NCBI RefSeq assembly: GCF_964355755.1
Contig: NC_092670.1
Span: forward strand, 27,516,388 to 27,580,387
Direction of reading: 5' to 3'
Origin: Antedon mediterranea
Lineage: Eukaryota > Animalia > Echinodermata
DNA: 64,000 bases
This document shows, one piece after another, positions 1-9,160 of the stretch; within the stretch, counting starts at the first letter, position 1; each line of letters starts with the position of its first letter. The translations under genes and the position numbers were made by a program. The notes under the pieces were generated by a model. It was not told the DNA's origin. It saw nothing but the letters and a program-made list of their open reading frames with translations, and did not search any database.

Positions 1-2559
1 TCGAAAATGTCACAAAATGCGATTTGAAGCTATTCTAAGCACTTTGGTGTTATTATGTTAACAAGTTTTTTCGAAAATCACAAATTGGTCTAAAACGTCT
101 CCAAATGCGATTTGAAGCTATTTTAAGCACTTTGGTGTTTTTGTGTAACCAAGTTTTTTCGAAAATCACAAAAGGGTCTAAAATGTCTCAAAATGCGATT
201 TGAAGCTATTCTGTACACTTTGATGTTTTTTTGTTAACAAGTTTTTTCGAAAGTTACAAAATGGACTAAAACGTCTCCAAATGCGATTTGAAGCTATTCT
301 AAGCACTTTGGTGTTTTTATGTTAACAAGTTTTTTCGAAAATCACAAAATGGTGTAAAACGTCTCCAAATGCGATTTGAAGCTATTCTAAGCACTTTGGT
401 GTTTTTATGTTAACAAGTTTTTTCGAAAATCACAAAATGGTGTAAAACTTCTCCAAATACGATTTTAAGCTATTCTAAGCAATTTGGTGTTTTTATGTTA
501 ACAAGTTTTTTCGAAAATCACAAATGGTCTAAAACGTCTCCAAATGCGATTTGAAGTTATTCTGTACACTTTGCTGTTTTGTGAGAATAATTTTTGTCGA
601 AATGCTCAAAATGGTCAAAAACGTTTTTAAATACGATATTAAGCTATTTTGTGCTCTTTGATGTTTTTGTGTGAAAAGTTTTATCGAAATGCTCAAAATG
701 TTCTAAAACGGTTTCTAATGTGATTTTAAGCACTTTGATGTTTTTATGTTAACAACTTTTTTAGAAAATTACAAAATGGTGTAAAACGTCTCCAAATGCG
801 ATTTGAAGCTATTCTAAGCAATTTGGTGTTTTTATGTTAACAAGTTTTTTCGAAATTCACAAAAGGGTCTAAAACGTCTCCAAATGCGATTTGAAGCTAT
901 TCTAAGCACTTTTGTGTTTTTATGTTAACAAGTTTTTTCGAAAATCACAAAATGGTCTAAAATGTCTCCAAATGCGATTTTAAGGTATTCTAAGCACTTT
1001 GGTGTTTTTATGTTAACAAGTTTTTTCGAAAATCACAAAATGGTCTAAAACGTCTACAAATGCGATTTGAAGCTATTCTAAGCACTTTGGTGTTTTTATG
1101 TTAACAAGTTTTTTTCGAAAATCACAAAATGGTATAAAACGTCTCCAAATGCGATTTGAAGATTTTCTAAGCACTTTGGTGTTTTTATGTTTACAAGTTT
1201 TTTCGAAAATCACAAAATGGTCTAAAACGTCTCCAAATGCGATTTGAAGCTATTCTGTACACTTTGCTGTTTTGTGTGAATAATTTTTGTCAAAATGCTC
1301 AAAATGGTCAAAAACGTTTTTAAATACTATATTAAGCTATTTTGTGTTCTTTGATGTTTTTGTGTGAAAAGTTTTATCGAAATGCTCAAAATGGTCTAAA
1401 ACGGTTTCTAATGTTAACAAGTTTTTTCGAAAATCACAAAATGGTCGAAAATGTCACAAAATGCGATTTTAAGCTATTCTAAGCACTTTGTTGTTTTTAT
1501 GTTAACAAGTTTTTTTCGAAAATCACAAAATGGTCTAAAACCTCTCCAAATGCGATTTGAAGCTATTCTGTACACTTTGCTGTTTTGTGTGAATAATTTT
1601 TGTCGAAATGCTCAAAATGGTCAAAAACGTTTTTAAATACGATATTAAGCTATTTTGTGCTCTTTGATGTTTTTGTGTGAAAAGTTTTATCGAAATGCTC
1701 AAAATGGTCTAAAACGGTTTCTAATGTGATTTTAAGCACTTTGGTGTTTTTATGTTAACAAGTTTTTTTCGAAAATCACAAAATGGTCTAAAACGTCTCC
1801 AAATGTGATTTGAAGCTATTCTAAACCCTTTGGTGTTTTTATGTTAACAAGTTTTTTCGAAAATCACAAATTGGTCTAAAACGTCTCCAAATGCGATTTG
1901 AAGCTATTTTAAGCACTTTGGTGTTTTTGTGTAACCAAGTTTTTTCGAAAATCACAAAAGGGTCTAAAATGTCTCAAAATGCGATTTGAAGCTATTCTGT
2001 ACACTTTGATGTTTTTTTGTTAACAAGTTTTTTCGAAAGTCACAAAATGGTCTAAAACGTCTCCAAATGCGATTTGAAGCTATTCTAAGCACTTTGCTGT
2101 TTTGTGTGAATAATTTTTGTCGAAATGCTCAAAATGGTCAAAAACGTTTTTAAATACGATATTAAGCTATTTTGTGCTCTTTGATGTTTTTGTGTGAAAA
2201 GTTTTATCGAAATGCTCAAAATGGTCTAAAACGGTTTCTAATGTGATTTTAAGCACTTTGATGTTTTTATGTTAACAACTTTTTTAGAAAATCACAAAAT
2301 GGTCTAAAACGTCTCCAAATGCGATTTGAAGCAATTCTAAGCACTTTGGTGTTTTTATGGTAACGAGTTTTTTTGAATATCACAAAATGGTCTAAAATGT
2401 CTCCAAATGCGATTTGAAGCTTTTCTAAGCACTTTGGTGTTTTTATGTTAACAAGTTTTTTCGAAAACCACAAAATGGTCTAAAACGTCTCCAAATGCGA
2501 TTTGAAGCTTTTCTAAGCACTTTGGTGTTTTTATGTTAACAAGTTTTTTCGAAAATCAC

Positions 2560-2811
2560 AAAATGGTCTAAAACGTCTCCAAATGCGATTTGAAGCTATT
2601 CTGTACACTTTGCTGTTTTGTGTGAATAATTTTTGTCGAAATGCTCAAAATGGTCAAAAACGTTTTTAAATACGATATTAAGCTATTTTGTGCTCTTTGA
2701 TGTTTTTGTGTGAAAAGTTTTATCGAAATGCTCAAAATGGTCTAAAACGGTTTCTAATGTGATTTTAAGCACTTTGATGTTTTTATGTTAACAACTTTTT
2801 TAGAAAATCAC
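2560..2811 (+). repeat. Example of the diverged 252-bp trimer cassette B1(87)-B2(87)-B3(78), dispersed throughout the array
   Basis: B1 2560-2646 (..TCTGTACACTTTGCTGTTTTGTGTGAATAATTTTTGTCGAAATGCTC). B2 2647-2733 (..GGTCAAAAACGTTTTTAAATACGATATTAAGC..). B3 2734-2811 (..AAAACGGTTTCTAATGTGATTTTAAGCAC.., 10 bp shorter). The cassette recurs about every 340-950 bp in ordered regions. Confidence 0.95.
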
Positions 2812-2987
2812 AAAATGGTCTAAAACGTCTCCAAATGCGATTTGAAGCAATTCTAAGCACTTTGGTGTTTTTATGGTAACGAGTTTTTTTGAATATCACA
2901 AAATGGTCTAAAATGTCTCCAAATGCGATTTGAAGCTTTTCTAAGCACTTTGCTGTTTTTATGGTAACGAGTTATTTCGAAAATCAC
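2560..2987 (+). repeat. Example of the 428-bp pentamer HOR (B1-B2-B3-C-D)
   Basis: CTGTACAC at 2601 and 3029 gives a 428-bp period (252+2x88). C carries GCAATTC and GGTAACGAGTTTTTTTGAATATCAC; D carries AAAATGTCTCC and GAAGCTTTTC (HindIII site). Confidence 0.92.
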
Positions 2988-5317
2988 AAAATGGTCTAAA
3001 ACGTCTCCAAATGCGATTTGAAGCTATTCTGTACACTTTGCTGTTTTGTGTGAATAATTTTTGTCAAAATGCTCAAAATGGTCAAAAACGTTTTTAAATA
3101 CTATATTAAGCTATTTTGTGCTCTTTGATGTTTTTGTGTGAAAAGTTTTATCGAAATGCTCAAAATGGTCTAAAACGGTTTCTAATGTGATTTTAAGCAC
3201 TTTGATGTTTTTATGTTAACAACTTTTTTAGAAAATTACAAAATGGTGTAAAACGTCTCCAAATGCGATTTGAAGCTATTCTAAGCAATTTGGTGTTTTT
3301 ATGTTAACAAGTTTTTTCGAAAATCACAAAATGGTCTAAAACGTCTCCAAATGCGATTTGAAGCTATTCTAAGCACTTTTGTGTTTTTATGTTAACAAGT
3401 TTTTTCGAAAATCACAAAATGGTCTAAAATGTCTCCAATTGCGATTTGAAGCTTTTCTAAGCACTTTTGTGTTTTTATGTTTACAAGTTTTTTCGAAAAT
3501 CACAAAATGGTCTAAAACGTCTCCAAATGCGATTTGAAGCTATTCTAAGCACTTTGGTGTTTTTATGTTAACAAGTTTTTTCGAAAATCACAAAATGGTC
3601 TAAAACGTCTCCAAATGTGATTTGAAGCTATTCTAAACACTTTGGTGTTTTTATGTTAACAAGTTTTTTCGAAAATCACAAATTGGTCTAAAACGTCTCC
3701 ATATGCGATTTGAAGCTATTTTAAGCACTTTGGTGTTTTTGTGTAACCAAGTTTTTTCGAAAATCACAAAAGGGTCTAAAATGTCTCAAAATGCGATTTG
3801 AAGCTATTCTGTACACTTTGATGTTTTTATGTTAACAACTTTTTTAGAAAATCACAAAATGGTCTAAAACGTCTCCAAATGCGATTTGAAGCAATTCTAA
3901 GCACTTTGGTGTTTTTATGGTAACGAGTTTTTTTGAATATCACAAAATGGTCTAAAATGTCTCCAAATGCGATTTGAAGCTTTTCTAAGCACTTTGGTGT
4001 TTTTATGTTAACAAGTTTTTTCGAAAATCACAAAATGGTCTAAAACGTCTCCAAATGCGATTTGAAGCTATTCTGTACACTTTGCTGTTTTGTGTGAATA
4101 ATTTTTGTCGAAATGCTCAAAATGGTCAAAAACGTTTTTAAATACGATATTAAGCTATTTTGTGCTCTTTGATGTTTTTGTGTGAAAAGTTTTATCGAAA
4201 TGCTCAAAATGGTCTAAAACGGTTTCTAATGTGATTTTAAGCACTTTGATGTTTTTATGTTAACAACTTTTTTAGAAAATCACAAAATGGTCTAAAACGT
4301 CTCCAAATGCGATTTGAAGCAATTCTAAGCACTTTGGTGTTTTTATGGTAACGAGTTTTTTTGAATATCACAAAATGGTCTAAAATGTCTCCAAATGCGA
4401 TTTGAAGCTTTTCTAAGCACTTTGGTGTTTTTATGTTTACAAGTTTTTTCGAAAATCACAAAATGGTCTAAAACGGTTTCTAATGTGATTTTAAGCACTT
4501 TGGTGTTTTTATGTTAACAAGTTTTTTCGAAAATCACAAAATGGTCTAAAATGTCTCAAAATGCGATTTGAAGCTATTCTGTACACTTTGATGTTTTTAT
4601 GTTAACAACTTTTTTAGAAAATCACAAAATGGTCTAAAACGTCTCCAAATGCGATTTGAAGCAATTCTAAGCACTTTGGTGTTTTTATGGTAACGAGTTT
4701 TTTTGAATATCACAAAATGGTCTAAAATGTCTCCAAATGCGATTTGAAGCTTTTCTAAGCACTTTGGTGTTTTTATGTTAACAAGTTTTTTCGAAAATCA
4801 CAAAATGGTCTAAAACGTCTCCAAATGCGATTTGAAGCTATTCTGTACACTTTGCTGTTTTGTGTGAATAATTTTTGTCGAAATGCTCAAAATGGTCAAA
4901 AACGTTTTTAAATACGATATTAAGCTATTTTGTGCTCTTTGATGTTTTTGTGTGAAAAGTTTTATCGAAATGCTCAAAATGGTCTAAAACGGTTTCTAAT
5001 GTGATTTTAAGCACTTTGATGTTTTTATGTTAACAACTTGTTTAGAAAATCACAAAATGGTCTAAAACGTCTCCAAATGCGATTTGAAGCAATTCTAAGC
5101 ACTTTGGTGTTTTTATGGTAACGAGTTTTTTTGAATATCACAAAATGGTCTAAAATGTCTCCAAATGCGATTTGAAGCTTTTCTAAGCACTTTGGTGTTT
5201 TTATGTTTACAAGTTTTTTCGAAAATCACAAAATGGTCTAAAACGGCTCCAAATACGATTTGAAGCTATTCTAAGCACTTTGGTGTTTTTATGTTAACAA
5301 GTTTTTTCGAAAATCAC

Positions 5318-5405
5318 AAAATGGTCTAAAACGTCTCCAAATGCGATTTGAAGCTATTCTAAGCACTTTGGTGTTTTTATGTTAACAAGTTTTTTCGAAA
5401 ATCAC
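5318..5405 (+). repeat. Example of a consensus 88-bp monomer (type A)
   Basis: Exact match to the consensus. It has 28/88 G+C and three CpGs, and contains the palindromes TGTTAACA (HpaI site) and TTTTCGAAAA (BstBI/TaqI site). Confidence 0.97.
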
Positions 5406-6174
5406 AAAATGGTGTAAAACGTCTCCAAATGCGATTTGAAGCTATTCTAAGCAATTTTGTGTTTTTATGTTAAACAGTTTTTTCGAAAATCACAAAATGG
5501 TCTAGAACGTCTCCAAATGCGATTTGAAGCTATTCTAAGCACTTTTGTGTTTTTATGTTAACAAGTTTTTTTTGAAAATCACAAAATGGTCTAAAATGTC
5601 TCAAAATGCGATTTGAAGCTATTCTGTACACTTTGCTGTTTTGTGTGAATAATTTTTGTCAAAATGCTCAAAATGGTCAAAAACGTTTTTAAATACTATA
5701 TTAAGCTATTTTGTGTTCTTTGATGTTTTTGTGTGAAAAGTTTTTTCGAAATGCTCAAAATGGTCTAAAACGGTTTCTAATGTGATTTTAAGCACTTTGA
5801 TGTTTTTATGTTAACAACTTTTTTAGAAAAATACAAAATGGTCTAAAACGTCTCCAAATGCGATTTGAAGCAATTCTAAGCACTTTGGTGTTTTTATGTT
5901 AACAAGTTTTTTCGAAAATCACAAAATGGTCTAAAACGTCTCCAAATGCGATTTGAAGCTATTCTGTACACTTTGCTGTTTTGTGTGAATAATTTTTGTC
6001 GAAATGCTCAAAATGGTCAAAAACGTTTTTAAATACGATATTAAGCTATTTTGTGCTCTTTGATGTTTTTGTGTGAAAAGTTTTATCGAAATGCTCAAAA
6101 TGGTCTAAAACGGTTTCTAATGTGATTTTAAGCACTTTGGTGTTTTTATGTTAACAAGTTTTTTCGAAAATCAC

Positions 6175-6438
6175 AAAATGGTCTAAAACGTCTCCAAATG
6201 TGATTTGAAGCTATTCTAAACACTTTGGTGTTTTTATGTTAACAAGTTTTTTCGAAAATCACAAATTGGTCTAAAACGTCTCCAAATGCGATTTGAAGCT
6301 ATTTTAAGCACTTTGGTGTTTTTGTGTAACCAAGTTTTTTCGAAAATCACAAAAGGGTCTAAAATGTCTCAAAATGCGATTTGAAGCTATTCTGTACACT
6401 TTGATGTTTTTTTGTTAACAAGTTTTTTCGAAACTCAC
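6175..6438 (+). repeat. Example of the recurrent E-F-G monomer trio (3x88 bp)
   Basis: E: ATGTGATT/CTAAACAC. F: AAATTGG/ATTTTAAGC/GTGTAACC. G: AAAAGGGTCTAAAATGTCTCAAAA/TGTACACTTTGATG. The same order is seen near 1780, 3590, 16280, 18950, 22125, 32030, 43010, 57240 and 61720. Confidence 0.88.
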
Positions 6439-8764
6439 AAAATGGTCTAAAACGTCTCCAAATGCGATTTGAAGCTATTCTAAGCACTTTGCTGTTTTGT
6501 GTGAATAATTTTTGTCGAAATGCTCAAAATGGTCAAAAACGTTTTTAAATACGATATTAAGCTATTTTGTGCTCTTTGATGTTTTTGTGTGAAAAGTTTT
6601 ATCGAAATGCTCAAAATGGTCTAAAACGGTTTCTAATGTGATTTTAAGCACTTTGATGTTTTTATGTTAACAACTTTTTTAGAAAATCACAAAATGGTCT
6701 AAAACGTCTCCAAATGCGATTTGAAGCAATTCTAAGCACTTTGGTGTTTTTATGGTAACGAGTTTTTTTGAATATCACAAAATGGTCTAAAATGTCTCCA
6801 AATGCGATTTGAAGCTTTTCTAAGCACTTTGGTGTTTTTATGTTAACAAGTTTTTTCGAAAATCACAAAATGGTCTAAAACGTCTCCAAATGCGATTTGA
6901 AGCTATTCTGTACACTTTGCTGTTTTGTGTGAATAATTTTTGTCGAAATGCTCAAAATGGTCAAAAACGTTTTTAAATACGATATTAAGCTATTTTGTGC
7001 TCTTTGATGTTTTTGTGTGAAAAGTTTTATCGAAATGCTCAAAATGGTCTAAAACGGTTTCTAATGTGATTTTAAGCACTTTGATGTTTTTATGTTAACA
7101 ACTTTTTTAGAAAATCACAAAATGGTCTAAAACGTCTCCAAATGCGATTTGAAGCAATTCTAAGCACTTTGGTGTTTTTATGGTAACGAGTTTTTTTGAA
7201 TATCACAAAATGGTCTAAAATGTCTCCAAATGCGATTTGAAGCTTTTCTAAGCACTTTGGTGTTTTTATGGTAACGAGTTATTTCGAAAATCACAAAATG
7301 GTCTTAAACGTCTCCAAATGCGATTTTAAGATATTCTAAGCACTTTGGTGTTTTTATGTTAACAAGTTTTTTCGAAAATCACAAAATGGTCTAAAACGTC
7401 TCCAAATGCGATTTGAAGCTATTTTAAGCACTTTGGTGTTTTTGTGTAACCAAGTTTTTTCGATAATCACAAAAGGGTCTAAAATGTCTCAAAATGCGAT
7501 TTGAAGCTATTCTGTACACTTTGATGTTTTTATGTTAACAAGTTTTTTCGAAAGTCACAAAATGGTCTAAAACGTCTCCAAATGCGATTTGAAGCTATTC
7601 TAAGCACTTTGGTGTTTTTATGTTAACAAGTTTTTTCGAAAATCACAAAATGGTATAAAACGTCTCCAAATGCGATTTTAAGCTATTCTAAGCAATTTGG
7701 TGTTTTTATGTTAACAAGTTTTTTCGAAAATCACAAAATGGTCTAAAACGTCTCCAAATGCGATTTGAAGCTATTCTGTACACTTTGCTGTTTTTTGTGA
7801 ATAATTTTTGTCGAAATGCTCAAAATGGTCAAAAACGTTTTTAAATACGATATTAAGCTATTTTGTGCTCTTTGATGTTTTTGTGTGAAAAGTTTTATCG
7901 AAATGCTTAAAATGTTCTAAAACGGTTTCTAATGTGATTTTAAGCACTTTGATGTTTTTATGTTAACGAATTTTTTCGAAAATCACAAAATGGTCTAAAA
8001 TGTCTCCAAATGCGATTTCAAGCTATTCTTAGCAATTTGGTGTTTTTATGTTAACAAGTTTTTTCGAAAATCACAAAATGGTATAAAACGTCTCCAAATG
8101 CGATTTTAAGCTATTCTAAGCACTTTTGTGTTTTTATGTTAACAAGTTTTTTCGAAAATCACAAAATGGTCTAAAATGTCTCAAAATGCGATTTGAAGCT
8201 ATTCTGTACACTTTGATGTTTTTATGTTAACAAGTTTTTTCGAAAATCACAAAATGGTCTAAAACGTCTCCAAATGCGATTTGAAGCTATTCTAAGCAAT
8301 TTGGTGTTTTTATGTTAACAAGTTTTTTCGAAAATCACAAAATGGTCTAAAACGTCTCCAAATGCGATTTGAAGCTATTCTAAGCACTTTGGTGTTTTTA
8401 TGTCAACAACTTTTTTAGAAAATCACAAAATGGTCTAAAACGGTTTCTAATGTTATTTTAAGCACTTTGATGTTTTTATGTTAACAACTTTTTTAGAAAA
8501 TCACAAAATGGTCTAAAACGTCTCCAAATGCGATTTGAAGCAATTCTAAGCACTTTGGTGTTTTTATGGTAACAAGTTTTTTTGAATATCACAAAATGGT
8601 CTAAAATGTCTCCAAATGCGATTTGAAGCTTTTCTAAGCACTTTGGTGTTTTTATGTTTACAAGTTTTTTCGAAAATCACAAAATGGTCTAAAACGTCTC
8701 CAAATGCGATTTGAAGCTATTTTAAGGACTTTGGTGTTTTTGTGTAACCAAGTTTTTTCGAAAA

Positions 8765-9160
8765 TCACAAAAGGGTCTAAAATGTCTCCAAATGCGATTT
8801 GAAGCTATTCTGTACACTTTGATGTTTTTATGTTAACAAGTTTTTCGAAAGTCACAAAATGGTCTAAAACGTCTCCAAATGCGATTTGAAGCTATTCTAA
8901 GCACTTTGGTGTTTTTATGTTAACAAGTTTTTTCGAAAATCACAAAAGGGTCTAAAATGTCTCCAAATGCGATTTGAAGCTATTCTGTACACTTTGATGT
9001 TTTTATGTTAACAAGTTTTTCGAAAGTCACAAAATGGTCTAAAACGTCTCCAAATGCGATTTGAAGCTATTCTAAGCACTTTGGTGTTTTTATGTTAACA
9101 AGTTTTTTCGAAAATCACAAAAGGGTCTAAAACGTCTCCAAATGCGATTTGAAGCTATTT
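8765..9160 (+). repeat. Local 175-bp dimer tandem duplication
   Basis: AAGGGTCT has its GGG at 8773, 8948 and 9123. Both full units share a 1-T deletion (AAGTTTTTCGAAAGTCAC). Confidence 0.8.

Noticed and set aside
1451-1636. 61-aa plus-strand ORF MSQNAILSY... (also at 15953, 21796, 42679, 49924)
   Set aside because: It is a translation of satellite monomers with no recognisable domain. It is open only because of local variants (including an extra T), and it recurs because the block was duplicated.
2267-2473. 68-aa minus-strand ORF MWFSKKLVN... (also at 22612, 24248, 25884)
   Set aside because: It is a chance frame in the repeat that starts at a GTG and is tied to the GAAAACCAC variant. It is useful only as a marker of the 1636-bp HOR.
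2604-2770. The diverged cassette as a transposon insertion
   Set aside because: It aligns in register with the 88-bp monomer along its length and has no terminal inverted repeats, LTRs or target-site duplications.
5348-5402. Heat-shock-element-like GAA/TTC motifs (GAAGCTATTC, TTCGAA)
   Set aside because: The spacing does not fit contiguous inverted nGAAn pentamers (4 or 0 bp between trimers instead of 2), and there is no gene nearby.
5392-5410. Possible CENP-B box at TTTCGAAAATCACAAAA
   Set aside because: Only TTCG matches the core TTCG-N4-A-N2-CGGG; the A and the CGGG are absent.
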